Below are positions 1-14,870 of a DNA stretch of 64,000 nucleotides, piece by piece. The notes beneath the pieces were generated by a model. The model made no database searches, had not been told where the DNA came from, and saw only the letters and a program-made list of their open reading frames with translations. The stretch is from the NCBI GenBank assembly GCA_964016885.1, contig OZ024763.1, positions 18,972,001-19,036,000 of the forward strand, read 5' to 3'. This stretch comes from Eledone cirrhosa. Its lineage: Eukaryota. Position numbers and translations under genes: made by a program. Position 1 is the stretch's first letter. Each line of letters opens with the position of its first letter.

Positions 1-2370
1 TGCTGCTACTTATTGCACCAGAGCACCGGCCACATATAAAATCTATATTCTTAGTTAGCTTACCTGTGATCCCACTACATCTTTTATGCACCCATACTTT
101 GCATTTGGGACATAAAATGGAGTTTCTACCTACTCCTTTCCTAGACACTGAGCATGGCCATTTCCCGGATGGGACCGGTGCCCTATTTTCCTTCCTACAA
201 ACTAGAACTTTAGTCTTAGACAAGTTAACTTTAAGGCCTTTTGATTCTAGGCCATGCTTCCATGTTTGGAATTTCTTCTCTAGTTCAGCCATTGATTCAG
301 CTATGAGCGTTAGATCATCTGCATATAGGAGTTCCCATGGGCAGCCGGTCTTGAACTCCACTGTTATAGCCTGAAGGGCAATAATAAATAGTAGGGGGCT
401 AAGAACAGAGCCCTGATGAACACCAACTTTTACGCTAATCTCTTCACTATATTCATTGTTAATTCTAACCTTGCTGACTGTTTCTTTATACATGGCTTGT
501 ATAGCTCTCACAAGCCATTCATCAACACCTAGTTTTCTAAGAGCCCACCAGATAATGGAACAGGGGACTCTGTCAAAGGCTTTCTCCAAGTCGACAAAAG
601 CTAAGTACAGGGGTTTACTTTTAGCTAGGTACTTCTCCTGTAGTTGTCGTACAATGAAAAGAGCGTCTGCGGTACTTTTACCTGACACAAACCCGAACTG
701 CATTTCATCTAGATCAATTCGATCTCTGATTAGTTGCGCTATTACTTTTTCTGTGACTTTCATGACCTGGTCGATTAATTTAATGCCTCTATAGTTACTC
801 CTATCTAGGGCATCTCCTTTACCCTTGTAGCAGTTAATGATGCTGCTGCTACGCCAGTCCTTTGGAACAACCCCATTCTGTATGACTGTTTACTATCCGG
901 GTGACCATAGTGTGTCCCACCGTTCCAGAAGCTTTCAACATTTCAGCAATTATTTCCCAAGGCCCAGCCGCCTTACCCGTCTTCATATCTTTAATTGCCT
1001 TACTTATTATACTACCTTCGACTAACACTGCTGGTCCCTCTATTGGATCGATGTGGGGGAGACTGTCTTTCTCCCATTTATTCTCCTCATTTAGTAGCCT
1101 TTCGTAGTGACACTTCCAAGCTACCTTCTTATCAGCGTCAGTGATGGCAAGTACACCATCATCATTAAGGACACACTTCTCTCCGACAATATCACGGTTT
1201 TCCTTGACAATCCTGAACACCCCACGTTTTTGGTCCTCGCGTTGTAGAATATGCTTGAACTTTCTTTCCTCTGCTTCCCTTCTTGCGAAGTACACTTGTC
1301 TCCTAGCTTCCCTCCTGGCCACTTGATAGTCTTCTCTACTTCCCCCATCCCGCCATACTTTCCAAGCCTCCTTTTTGGCCTAAATTGACTCCTCCACCAC
1401 GTTACTCTCCTCCTGCCTACAGGCCTGCTCCAGCCACAGACTTCATCTGCTGCCATCAGCAGGTTTGCTTTCAGGAATTCCCACTGTTCCTCTATATTGT
1501 ACGACTCTAATTGCTCTTCCTTACTGTCGAAAGCATCAAGTAATATGCTTTGAAATTTATTTCTGGCTGTGGGGTCCTTTAGCTTCCATATTTTTCTCCT
1601 GAGGATAGTCCTCTTCTGTTGTCGAGTACGTCTCGTCCTGACTATGAGGTCGCTAATTATGAGTATGTTGAGAAGTGCATTCTTCATGGGGGAGGAATTT
1701 AGTGTTTACAACAGACACTCTGTCACGTTTTCTGGTAAGGATATAATCTACCTTGCTGGTATGTTCCCCTGATCTGTAGGTGATCAAGTGATTGTCTCGT
1801 TTTTTGAAGTTAGTGTTACAGATAGTTAGGTTATTTGCGTCACAGAATTCCAGGGTTCTGGAGCCTTCCTCATTTCTAGTACCAAACCCATAGCCTCCGT
1901 GGATTCCATCATAGCCGTCACAATGTTGTCCAACGTGACCATTTAGGTCGCCAGCAATAATTATATAGTCACTGTCGGTTATTTGGGAGGTAGTGAGCAT
2001 CAGTGTCTCATAGAATCTGTCTTTTATAGCGCCAGGCAGTCCGGATTAGGGTGCGTACGCAGATATTATTGTCACAGTAGTTCTATTTAGAACAAGTCTT
2101 ATTTTAATTATTCTGTCATTCACTCTATTTACGTCTATTATCTTATCCACCCATTTTTCTGCTAACATGATTCCTACCCCACCTATCCCATTGTCATTTC
2201 CCACCCAGAAAAGCTTATAGCATCGTTTTTTACCCACACTGAATCTAGCAGACCCGCCCCTCCACCTGGTCTCTTGGATACAGCAAACATCAACCTCCTT
2301 ACGTTCAAGCATTTCTACAACCTCGTTAGGGCGGCCTTTTAAGGTGCCTACATTCATGGTACCAACTCTA
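1..2370 (-). mobile_element. Degenerate RTE-clade non-LTR retrotransposon (APE endonuclease + reverse transcriptase), continuing beyond the window start
   Basis: Endonuclease motifs VGTMNVGTL, CCIQETRW and IAGDLNGHVG. RT motifs KAFDRVP, GVHQGSVLSPLLF and LYADDL. Broken by stops and frameshifts. The 5' end abuts (TA)n. Confidence 0.9.
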
Positions 2371-2615
2371 TATATCATAAGTACATACTTATATACATAT
2401 ATATATATATACACATATATATATATATAAGTACATACTTATATACATATATATATATAAGTACATACTTATATACATATATATAAGTATATATATATAG
2501 ACTTATATATTATATATATACTTATATACATATATATAAGTATATACTTATATATATATAGACTTATATATTATATATATACTTATATATATATAAGTAT
2601 ATATATATATACACT

Positions 2616-2660
<45 letters not shown>

Positions 2661-3242
2661 TTATATATATATATATACTTATATATATATATATATACTT
2701 ATATATATATATATACTTATATATATATATATATATATACTTATATATATATATATACTTATATATATATACTTATATATATATATATAAATATACTTAT
2801 ATATATATACTTATATATATATATATAAATATACTTATATATACTTATATATATATATATAAATATACTTATATATATATATATATATATATATATACTT
2901 ATATATATATATATATACTTATATATATATATATATATACTTATATATATATATATATATATATATATACTTATATATATATATATATATATATACACTT
3001 ATATATATATATATATATATATATATACTTATATATATATATATATATACTTATATATATATATATATATATATATACTTATATATATATATATATACTT
3101 ATATATATATATATATACTTATATATATATATATATATATACTTATATATACTTATATATATATATATATACTTATATATATATATATATATACTTATAT
3201 ATATATATACTTATATATATATATATATACTTATATATATAT

Positions 3243-3650
3243 GAATTAAAAAATAGAGTAAGAAGCCAGGACTATCCATCATCAGTGATCTTCTGGCCAT
3301 CATAGGTATTTCTTTGCATTAAAGATCATATACCTCAGGCCAGTGCGAGCAATTGCACACATTTCGCATGGCATGGATGTAACTTTCGTCTTCTCGTCAA
3401 TGGGTCGCCATATCTTATGTTCACTTGTATCACTGACTTGATTTTCCACTCTTTACGTTACCTCACCATTCTTGTTTGTTTACACGTCTCTCTTTCTCCA
3501 CCCAATTCTTTTTATCCCAATAACTTATTTTAGTTATTGCTCACACTGGCCTGAGGTATATGATCTTTAATGCGAAGAAATACCTATATATGGCCAGAAG
3601 ACCACTGATGATGGATAGTCCTGGCTTCTTACTCTATTTTTTAATTCATA
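3243..3650. repeat. Inverted-repeat element (arms ~3243-3350 and 3535-3650) in (TA)n
   Basis: GAATTAAAAAATAGAGTAAGAAGCCAGGACTATCCATCATCAGTG... and its reverse complement. Confidence 0.75.
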
Positions 3651-3690
3651 TGTATCACATCCGCAACAACGCAGCATGCCATTTTTCATT

Positions 3691-3740
<50 letters not shown>

Positions 3741-4107
3741 TATATACACACATATATATATGTATATATATATATACACATATAAGTATATACACACACA
3801 TATATATATATACATACATAAGTATATACACATATACAAGTATATACACATATATATATATATATACACATATACATATATTAGTATATACACATATACA
3901 TATATTAGTATATACACATATATATATATACATATACATATATAAGTATATACTTATATATATATACATATACAAGTATTTACTTATATATATATACATA
4001 TATAAGTATATACTTATATATACATACATATATAATTATATATATATATATACATATATAAGTATATACTTATATATACATACATATATAAGTATATACT
4101 TATATAT

Positions 4108-4165
<58 letters not shown>

Positions 4166-4220
4166 TAGACACTACCCTGCTCACAAGTGTCTTTTTTAAG
4201 CTTCATATAATGTCTCCCTA

Positions 4221-4287
4221 TTTTATCTGATGAGAACGCAAATATCGTCCCTGGATGATATTTGTTTTTGAAATGCGCATAATAAAA
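4221..4287 (+). ncRNA. Minimal type-I hammerhead ribozyme motif (family A)
   Basis: TTTTAT-CTGATGA-[stem II]-GAAA-TGCGCA-TA-ATAAAA: stem I, both core boxes and a palindromic stem III. Confidence 0.75.
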
Positions 4288-4556
4288 TGCATGGGACTTT
4301 TCTAACCATCTTTTAATTTCTTCTTATATATATACATATATAAGTATATACTTATATATACATACATACATACATATATAAGTATATACTTATATATACA
4401 TACATACATATATATATATAAGTATATACTTATATATATATATATAAGTATATACTTATATATATATATATAAGTATATACTTATATATATATATATAAG
4501 TATATACTTATATATATATATATAAGTATATACTTATATATATATATAAGTATATA

Positions 4557-4592
<36 letters not shown>

Positions 4593-5359
4593 TATATACT
4601 TATATATATGCAAAAGTTCTATTTAAATTGTTGGGATACAACAAGCAAATATTTTAATAACTGATATAAAGCACTCGACAAGTATTTGGAGTAAATATAC
4701 GATATTAATAAATGGAAACTATATTTATAAAACCATATTTATTTCATTATACATATTTCAAGGATACCATGTTAAATTATGGTAAGCCTTCATCATATAT
4801 ACTTATATATATTTATATAAGTATATACTTATATATATATATTTATATATATATATATATATATTTATATAAGTATATACTTATATATTTATATAAGTAT
4901 ATACTTATATATATATATATATATATATAAGTATATACTTATATATATATATAAGTATATACTTATATATATATATATATATAAGTATATACTTATATAT
5001 ATATATATATATAAGTATATACTTATATATATATTTATATAAGTATATACTTATATATATATATATTTATATATATATATATATTTATATAAGTATATAC
5101 TTATATATATATATATATTTATATAAGTATATACTTATATATATATATATATTTATATAAGTATATACTTATATATATATATAGGTATATACTTATATAT
5201 ATATGTATATATATATATATAAGTATATACTGGCCTGCCCGCCCAGCCAGTGGGATGGCATCATCGTATGGCTAAAACAGCACGAGCTGTGACCAGCGGT
5301 GCCGAATGGCGCTCGACAGACTGGTCGGCAATGGTGATGGTGATGGTGATATATATAGT

Positions 5360-5567
5360 CTGCGAAAATCCCAGTAGAAGGAAGACGCAATAGAGGAAGA
5401 TCACGAAAATACGGGCGGAGGTGGTGAGAGCTGACCTCAGATCGCTGAAGCTCACGGAGGAGATGACGAAGGACCGTGACAAGTGGATAGTTTGCTGTGC
5501 TGAATAGGACCTATCCCACCCTTACAAGCAGGGAAAAGCGGACGTAAAATGATGATGATGATGATGA
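5360..5567 (+). mobile_element. RTE LINE 3' fragment with (TGA)n tail
   Basis: Homologous to 6135-6330 and ends in GCAGGGAAAAGCGGACGTAAAA(TGA)n. Confidence 0.75.
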
Positions 5568-5684
5568 TAGATATTTTTATTTTTGTGATAGTATTTTTTT
5601 TTTCTCAGAAGTCTTGCTGGAATAACCTTCATTATATACATAGGGGAAACTAATAGAAGTGTCAGTAATAGGCACATTTTTCAA

Positions 5685-6330
5685 ATGCTGGTAGGATCTA
5701 TAGAGGTTGTTGATAGCTTCCAATATTTAGGTGATCATATTAGCAAGGGAGGTGGATGCTCCGAGGCCATAGTTTCTAGAATAAGGACAAGATGGAAGAA
5801 GTTTAGGGAGTTGCTTCCTCTGCTGACAATGAAGGGTTTCTCCCTACAAACAAAGGGTCAGTTATATGATGCCTGTGTGAGATGCGCGATACTGCCTGGT
5901 AGTGAGACATGGGCAGCAACTGTGGAGGATATGTGACAGCTGGAGAGAAATGAAGCAAGCATGCTCCGTTGGATGTGCAATGTCAATGTGCGTGAATGAT
6001 GAAGCATAGACGAGTTGAGAGTGAAATTGTATATAAGAGGGATAGGCTGTAGTGTGCGGGAGAGAAGACTACGTTGGTATGGACATGTGATGCGCATGGA
6101 GGATGACCGCTGGGTAAAGAAGTGCCAAGTAATCCCAGAAGTGCCAAGGAAGACGCAGTAGAGGAAGACCACAAAAAACATGGGCGGAGGTGGTGAGATC
6201 TGACCTCAGATTGCTGAAGCGCATAGAAAAGATGATGAAGGACCGTGATGAATGGAGAGATGCTGTGTTGAAGAGGACCTGTCCCACCCTTGCAAGCAGG
6301 GAAGAGTGAATGTAAAATGATGATGATGAT
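5685..6330 (+). mobile_element. 5'-truncated RTE LINE 3' portion
   Basis: IEVVDSFQYLG, RIRTRWKKFREL, GSETW and RRLRWYGHVMRM motifs, with a (TGA)n tail. Confidence 0.85.
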
Positions 6331-6351
6331 ATATATGTATATATATATATA

Positions 6352-6760
6352 TAATATTAATTCAAAATATTAACAAAATAGATATTCTTGTGATCAAGTA
6401 TATTTTATTATACATATTTCAGAGGTACTGAGTTAACTTCAACAGTACGTCCTCATCAGATAAAATAAGATGATGCATGACATACCCTGACATAGTAGAT
6501 AGTTAAGATTCAGTCATGGTAGTATCTTAACCATCTACTATGTCAGGGTATGTCATGCATCATCTTATTTTATCTGATGAGGATGTACTGTTGAAGTTAA
6601 CTCAGTACCTTTGAAATATGTATAATAAAATATACTTGATCACAAGAATATCTATTTTGTTAATATTTTGAATTAATATTAATAACTCTGGAAAACCATT
6701 GCTGTTGAGTGCTTCCAATCTATTGTAAAACTCATTCTTTGATTTATTCATTGAACCTTG
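6352..6760. mobile_element. Fold-back Penelope-like pLTR element with two hammerheads (6403-6465 on -, 6568-6630 on +)
   Basis: Inverted arms of ~160 bp. Each has TTTTAT-CTGATGA-GGAYGTACTG..CAGTACC-GAAA-TATGTA-TA-ATAAAA. Inserted in (TA)n. Confidence 0.75.
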
Positions 6761-7007
6761 TTTAACTTTTAAATATATATATATATATATATATATTAGA
6801 AAGTGAGGTTTTTTTTACAAAATGAAAATAACCGAGGTGTCCAACACGAGTGAAAGTATAAAGAAAAAAAGATGAAATCGAAAATGCAACTGGAGTCTTA
6901 TTTTTTAAAAAATATATATATTTATTTGGTTCCTTTACCGGTTTCGCAGTTCTTCTGCTTTTCAAAAGTAGAGTTGAGATGGAGGGTGTATATATATATA
7001 TATATAT

Positions 7008-7504
7008 AAAATACGTAGTTTAGAAAGCCACAACAATGCAGAGGGAAATCTCGAGGTAGGAAGTGAATGATAGATAGGAGAAACAGGAGAAAGTGAAAAT
7101 TGAGGGAGACAAAGATGAAAACAAAACAAAGGTAGAAGGGTTACCGTAGTGGAGATTTAATCCCAATATTTCGGGCTCACGCCCATCAACGGGGGAAAGT
7201 TCCAAAAGGGGGGGGGAACAGGCTAAGCGGAGAAAGTTGTGATGTCATTAAGACAGGATGTCTTAATGACATCACAACTTTCTCCGCTTAGCCTGTTCCC
7301 CCCCTTTTGGAACTTTCCCCCGTTGATGGGCGTGAGCCCGAAATATTGGGATTAAATCTCCACTACGGTAACCCTTCTACCTTTGTTTTGTTTTCATCTT
7401 TGTCTCCCTCAATTTTCACTTTCTCCTGTTTCTCCTATCTATCATTCACTTCCTACCTCGAGATTTCCCTCTGCATTGTTGTGGCTTTCTAAACTACGTA
7501 TTTT
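7008..7504. repeat. Near-perfect ~245-bp-arm palindrome (fold-back element) next to (TA)n
   Basis: An identical 61-aa ORF is predicted on both strands. The centre is at ~7256. The arms differ only visibly in a G/C run. Confidence 0.9.
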
Positions 7505-9483
7505 ACACATTTCACAATGCTTCAAGCAAACTTTAACACCCTCATATATATATATATATACCCCCAGAATTGTGCATAAAAACACGGTATATAATTGAAT
7601 AAAATATGAAATAAGAAAAATTAACATCTTTTCTTTGTAATTATTCACACAATACAAAGCATTGTCTATCATATTAAACATACGGGTGCAAACCGTACTA
7701 GAAATAACAGCTAATTCTGATGCCTCGGTATCATTAATTCATTGTTTTTGTTGTGCCTCAGTAAGGATTACTTAACTAAATCAATTATATTCGCACCATT
7801 TGATGATGTAAACTAATTGACCACAGAAATATTTATTATGAGAAACAATAAATGAAGTGGAACAGACTTGTGTAACTCATCAAATTGGACTTCGGACCAA
7901 GGTAACAATGTTTCCATTAGTCTTTCCAATGCTGATACTATCTTTCTATGTACAGACTTGTGGAACTCATCAAATCGGACCTCGGACCAAGGTAACAATG
8001 TCCATTAGTCTTTCCAATGCTGACACTATCTTCTATGTACAATCAAGTTGCAGCTCCTGGTCAGAAAGAGCAATTTGAAATAAAGAATAAAGTTATATTT
8101 GGGGAGAGTCATGTGGTCCTAATATTGCCAAAAATAGTAAAACACTCAGTTTGGTTTGGTTTTCACGTCAGTATTTTTTTTATATTTTCATAAATAATTT
8201 AGCTGGCAATCAATGTCTTTCGTTGATTGACCAACAGCTAAAAATATAAATGTAATTTCTCAAAGTTCTTTCATCACACATCTGTGACATCTTCAGTAAG
8301 TATCGCTGTGTTTCCTCCTGTTGTGTTTCTATAACATACTTTTGGTTGTGTTTTACTATTTTTGGCAATATTATAACAACATGACCCTCCCCAAATATAA
8401 CAATATATGTTACAACACACTATTTCATATCGAAAACTTTGCAAAAGAAATACATCGCCGTTAAATTATAAAGTGTTTTTCTCAAAGACATAACTTATCA
8501 ATTTGTCACCTGTCCCGGTCTGGGAGAAATCAAACTTGGAACCTCATGATTACATATCCAATTCTCTTAAGCACTAAGCTATATTTTTGTAGGGAAAAAA
8601 AAAATAATAATAATAATAAAACAAAGAAGAAAAACTTTCCTGCACTTATAATTTTTTTTTTATCTCGTTTGTTTATTTTTCAGTAATTACATTTAATTAT
8701 TGACAATTAAATTTTATGGGGCTTGCACCATTTTTTTTTTTTATTTGTTGATTTTTTTTTTGTTGGAAACTTAATTTTTTTTTAGTTGGGGTGGGGATTG
8801 TTTCGTTTTTTTCTTTTGTTTTGTTTTTGTGTGTTTTATATATTGTTTCTTTGTTTTAACTTATGTAGTTTTTGGTGTCAAATTTTTTTTTCTTTCATTA
8901 TCTTTTTTCACCATCACAAGGGACACAATAATAATAATAATAATAATAATAATGATTTCTACTATAGGCAAAAGGCCAGCAATTTGGGGAGAGGGGAAAA
9001 TCGATTAAAATCGACCCCAGTGTATTACTGGTACTTTATTTTATCGACCCCGTAAGGATGAAAGGCAAAGCTAACCTCGGCAGGATTTGAATTCAGAACG
9101 TAAAGGGCCGTAACTTTATGCTGCAAAGCATAGCGTCCGACGCTCTACCGATATTGCCAATCCACCGCCCTAGTAATAATGATAATAATAATAATAATAA
9201 TAATAATATCAATTCATAAAAATAATAATAATAATGATAATAATCAAAAAATATTTATAATATTAATACTAATAATTGATTCTACTTTTGGCACAAGGCC
9301 AGCAATTATCCCAGTGCATTACTGGTACTTTATTTTATCAACCCCGTAAGGATGAAAGGCAAAGTTAACCTCGGCGGGATTTGAACTCGGAACGTAAAGG
9401 GCCATAACTCTATGCCAAAAAGCATGGTGTCCGACGCTCTACCGATTACGGCCAATCCACTGCCCTTGATGATGATGATGATG

Positions 9484-9515
<32 letters not shown>

Positions 9516-9929
9516 TGTTTCTACTTTAGGCACAAGGCCAGCAATTACCCAGTGCATTACTGGTACTTTATTTTATCGACCCCGTAAGGTAAAGTACCAG
9601 TAATGCACTGGGTAATTGCTGGCCTTGTGCCTAAAGTAATGGGTATTATTCAATACTTGACAAGAAGATAATTCTGGATTGAAATAAAAAAAAATTTACA
9701 GATCCAATCACTCACCTTTCTTTCTTCCTTTCTCCCTTCCTTCCTTGCTACAGGCACGCACACTCACTAACAACTCACACATACAGTGACTAACACGTTA
9801 ACATGCATGTATGCATAGACACAACAGTCAAACATACAAACAATATCCCTGAATGAAAAGTTTCCATTCAATACATTATCGACCTCTGAAAAAAAAAAAG
9901 AAAAAAGAAATATATATATATATAATAGG

Positions 9930-10365
9930 GGAAAAATTATATTTAAAAAAAAGGGGGCAACCAGCCAACCAACCAACAATACCAATGTAAAGAAAAATAA
10001 ATATATATATATATATAATAGGGGAAAAATTATATTTAAAAAAAAGGGGGGCAACCAGCCAACCAACCAACAATACCAATATAAAGAAAAATAAATATAT
10101 ATATATATATATATATAATTGGGGAGAAATTATATATTTAAAAAAGGGTCAACCAGCCAACCAACAATGCTAATATAAAGAAAATTAAATATATATATAT
10201 ATATATATATAATTGGGGGGAAATTATATATTTAAAAAAGGGTCAACCAGCCAACCAACAATGCTAATATAAAGAAAATTAAATATATATATATATAATT
10301 GGGGGGAAATTATATATTTAAAAAAGGGTCAACCAGCCAACCAACAATGCTAATATAAAGAAAAT

Positions 10366-10403
<38 letters not shown>

Positions 10404-10810
10404 GGAGGTGAGTTTTATTGTAGTACAATAAAGCAATGCAGATATCGGATAAGAAGCACTCTACAGTTTGTAGGACTGGAGTATGCATAATATAAGATCA
10501 AAAGATGGTTAAAGGAGTTCCATGTATTTTATTATGCGCATTTCAAAAACAAACATCATCATGCAATAATATTTGTGTTTTCATCAGATAAAACAAGAGA
10601 ACATGATATGAAGGCTAAAAAACACTTGTGGATAGTGCAGTTGATTTAATATGTTGATTTAAAACTGCACTATCCACAAGTGTTTTTTAGCCTTCATATC
10701 ATGTTCTCCTGTTTTATCTGATGAAAACACAAATATTATTGCATGATGATGTTTGTTTTTGAAATGCGCATAATAAAATACATGGAACTCCTTTAACCAT
10801 CTTTTGATCT

Positions 10811-10846
<36 letters not shown>

Positions 10847-10925
10847 GGGGGGAAATTATATATTTAAAAAAGGGTCAACCAGCCAACCAACAATGCTAAT
10901 ATAAAGAAAATTAAATATATACATA
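9930..10925. repeat. ~90-110-bp tandem repeat containing an internal (TA)n, with degenerate copies to ~11600
   Basis: AAAAAAGGGTCAACCAGCCAACCAACAATGCTAATATAAAGAAAATTAAA(TA)nATTGGGGGGAAATTATATATTT repeated. Confidence 0.8.
10400..10820. mobile_element. Fold-back Penelope-like element with two hammerheads (10527-10593 on -, 10712-10778 on +)
   Basis: Inverted arms with CTGATGA..GAAA-TGCGCA-TA and a TTTTAT/ATAAAA stem I. Sits in the (TA)n of a tandem repeat unit. Confidence 0.78.
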
Positions 10926-11031
10926 TATATATATATATATAAGAGGGATGAACACATATAACTATACATGTGTTCCAACTGCAAATGACCAAGTTAGCTA
11001 GGTTGAAAAATACTAATTTAAAACAATATAT

Positions 11032-11358
11032 ACTGTGTACCCCAGCATTCAAGCTCCCGGTTATTCGCAGAATTTTCCTTAGAACCTAACTAATAACTGT
11101 GGAAACCACCGCATATTCGCGGAATTGTAAATATCTTTCGCGATTTTTTAATGGCTTTTTTTCATGGCAATATATATTTTTTCCCGCCTTTTTACGCTAA
11201 ATTATCCATAACAATATACCGTATTTGCCGGCTTATATTTTACGTTATGTTTTGACGTTTACAGGTATTTTTATGGGCCACGTCCAATATTCGTGGTTTT
11301 TTACTCTTCGCGGGTTCTCTAGGAATGTAGCCCCAGCGAATTCCAGGGGACAACTGTA
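11032..11358. mobile_element. Probable Tc1/pogo-type MITE
   Basis: Imperfect termini TA-CTGTGTACCCCAGCATTC ... GAATTCCAGGGGACAACTG-TA, with repeated TATTCGCG-like motifs. Confidence 0.4.
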
Positions 11359-11960
11359 TATACATAATTGGGGTAAAAACTATATATAAAAAAGGGCCAA
11401 CAAACCAACCAACCAACCAACCACACCAATGTGAAAAAAATAGTAAATATATATAATTGGGGAAAAATATGTAAAATAAAGGACCAACGAGCCAACCAAC
11501 CACACCAATGTGAAAAAAACTATATATAAAATATATATAACTGGGAAAATATACATAAAAAAGGTCAACTAACCAGCCAACAACACAAATATATATTAAC
11601 AAAAAAATAAATTGAATTCAAAATATATATATATATATATTGATTTCTAATTTAAATGTTGATTAAATTAACCCCAATATGTGACTGGTACTTTATTCTA
11701 TCAACCCCTGAAAGGATGAAAAGCAAAGCTGGCCTCAGCAGGCTTAAAGAGCCAAAACAAATACTGAAATAGTATTTTATCCGACGCTCTACCAGTATAT
11801 ATATATATTATAAGTTTCAGAAGACCCCATAAAAGGGTGAAAGCAGCAATTACTTGCTTAAACTTTAATCTGTACTTATAAGAAATATTTGCTCTACGGG
11901 TTTATATATATAATTCTTATCGAGCCCTTTTTGGATTTTAGTCTTCACATTTATTATTAC

Positions 11961-12064
<104 letters not shown>

Positions 12065-12548
12065 GTTTTGCGAGGTTTTTTATATGAAATCGTGTGTCAA
12101 AACAGATATTGTTATATTTGGGGAGGGTCATATTTGCGTAATATTGCCAGAATTAATAACAGAACACACTCACTGTTTGGTTGGTTTTCGCTTCTCGCTG
12201 TCTTTTATATATATATATCTGCGATCTAACTTACTCGGTCCTCAATGTTGCCATTGATTGACCGGCGGTCAAAAATAATACAGATACAATATAGACAAAC
12301 ACATATATATATAGTTTACATAAATCTTTCGTTGCACATCTGCAACATCGTCAGTGGTGTTATATTCATTGTTCCTCCTGTTGTGTTGTATGTCTACGCC
12401 ATTTTTTTTTTTTTTTTGTTCAGTCTGTCTATATATTTATTTATTTATTTGCTTGAAAAGACAGCGAGAAGCGAAAACCAACCAAACAGTGAGTGTGTTC
12501 TGTTATTAATTCTGGCAATATTACGCAAATATGACCCTCCCCAAATAT

Positions 12549-12625
<77 letters not shown>

Positions 12626-14093
12626 TAGCAAAACTAAATTCTAATTTAAGTTGAGCCAACTTAGACAGCTTTGTATGCAAATGAGGCTGAACAGCCCACC
12701 TACACAGGTGAAAAAAACTATATATTTTCACCTGTCTTCAAAATCCAGCAGTAAGCAGGGGGAAACATTGTCCTGGCGAGAACCATTTAAGTTTGAAATG
12801 TGTAGACAATTATCCCCTGCTTCTTCTGATGGATTCCGGTACATGGCACTGGCTGTCAGCCTTCTATTTATAGCTGAGGCTTTCAAAATCTTTATTTATT
12901 AAACATACCGTATGTCTTTAGATATATCTTTAGATACACGAAATTCACATACATGTATGTATACAGCGATGTGAAAATATAATAGTAAATATAGAGTAAT
13001 GTAAATGCTGGTACAAATAAAATTAAAACACCTACTCACATACAAAAGCATTTTGTTTTATGACTGACACCGCTCAACCGATTTTTGCCAATCAATACAA
13101 ACAAAAATCACACACTTACATCCAGACACATGCAAAAAAAAAATGCAAATAAATAAAAATGAATTTAATGGGAGCAAGGCAGAAGGAAAGATAGGGGAAG
13201 GGTTCGTGGTTAATGTGGGTTGAATAGGTTGGTTTGTGCAAACATCAAAAAAGTGGGGAGGGGGATGTTTTTATACATTTAAAAAAATTTTTTAAAGATA
13301 TTTTTCTTTTTTTTAACAGAGGAACGATGTAATTAATAGCAATGGAAGAGCTGTTGCTTTTTAGTACTGTTTTTGTTCATTTTATTTTTTTTATTTATTC
13401 TTTTAATGTTTTCAGCCCTTAGACTGCGGCCATGCTACAGCACACCGCTTATATGTGTGTGTGTGTATATGTATATGTTTTTTTTTTATTTAGTGGATCA
13501 TACAGACCTTAGTTATAGGACATAAACACACACATAAATATAGACATGGATACACACACACACACATATATATATATGTGCATATATCTATTTATCTACA
13601 TGTATATATATATAATGTGTGTGTGTGTACATACATATATATATGCAAACAAACACAAACACTCATTCAAATTTATATATACATATGGTTACCCCCGATT
13701 GAACCCGTGTCACACACACACACACACATATATATCATCATCATCATCATCGTTTAACATCTATCTTCCATGCTAGCATGGGTTAGACAGGAATTGTCCC
13801 ACTTGAGGCAAGATTGGTCGGGTGACCATGTCCTGTGCGTAAAGGACTATCTGACTTTTCTACAGCTGGATGCCCTTCCTAACACCAACCACATTTACAG
13901 TGTGGACTGGGAGCTTTTTACCGTGTTACCTACACCTCCAGCCCCCACTCTCAAGCATGAAACTAATAACATTTCTACTGCCTCTTCGCTTCCACGTTTT
14001 TTTTATTTCTGTTCACTGTCGCAACTTAAAAAAAAATATATATATATATTTTTTTTTTATGGAGGCACATGCTTAGTGGTTAGAGCATTGGAT

Positions 14094-14420
14094 GGAGGCA
14101 CATGGCTTAGTGGTTAGAGCATTGGCCTTGCAATCGAAAGGTTGTGAGTTCAATTCTCAGACCGGGTGATGTGTTGTTTCCTTGAGCAAGACACTTTATT
14201 TCACATTGCTCCAGTTTAGTCAGCTGTAGAAATGAGATGATAGGGACTGGGTTCCCTATCATTCCACTGCAAAGTGGTCGTGGAGGTGCCACGACAAAAA
14301 AGCACCCAGCACTCACTGTAAATGAGGTTGGTGTTAGGAAGGGCATCCAGCTGTAGAAATCAAGCCAGAATCAGTTCCCGTCCCACCCTTGCAAGCAGGA
14401 AAAAGCGGACATAAAATGGA
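14094..14420 (+). mobile_element. tRNA-derived SINE with RTE-type 3' tail (family S1). Other copies at 29212-29520 (-) and 37920-38229 (-).
   Basis: A-box TGGCTTAGTGG and B-box GAGTTCAATTC. Central CCTTGAGCAAGACACTT resembles a V-domain. The 3' end CCCACCCTTGCAAGCAGG..AGCGGAC.TAAAATG is shared with the RTE LINEs here. Confidence 0.8.
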
Positions 14421-14446
14421 TTGATATATATATATATATATATATA

Positions 14447-14870
14447 CAATTGATATTAAATAAATGGAAACTATATTTATAAAACCATATTTATTCTATT
14501 ATATATATTTCAAGAGTACAAACAATTTTGGTAGGCTATCATCAGATAAAATACAAAATGTTTTATAAATATTTGACATGCTCAAGTATGGTACAAGTAT
14601 CCCTGGAAAGTCAGGGATAACTTGAACCCTTAAGGTATATTATCCTTGGTCATGTCAAATATTTATAAAACATTTTGTATTTTATCTGATGATAGCCTAC
14701 CAAAATTTTTGGTACCCTTGTAATATATATTATAGAATAAATATCGTTTTATAAATATAGCTTCCATTTATTTAATATCAATTGAATACTTACTCCAGAA
14801 ACCTGTTGAGTGCTTTGAATCAGTTGTAAATATCTATATTTGATGGAATTCCAACAAATTAAATATCTCA
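14447..14870. mobile_element. Fold-back Penelope-like element. Hammerhead intact at 14494-14551 (-), GAAA changed to GTAA in the + arm.
   Basis: Inverted arms with CTGATGA-TAGCCTAC..GTACTCTT-GAAA-TATATA-TA. Related truncated copies at 4610-4796 and 47256-47378. Confidence 0.7.

Noticed and set aside
3545-3620. Possible hammerhead (CTGAGG..GAAA and CTGATGA)
   Set aside because: The core boxes are not in the right order or spacing around a stem II. It is better explained as a simple hairpin.
7860-8040. Short ORFs over a ~90-bp tandem duplication
   Set aside because: No recognisable domain or splice context.
14094-14170. tRNA gene candidates (also ~49578 and ~51500)
   Set aside because: These are the tRNA-like A/B-box heads of multi-copy SINEs and continue into SINE bodies.
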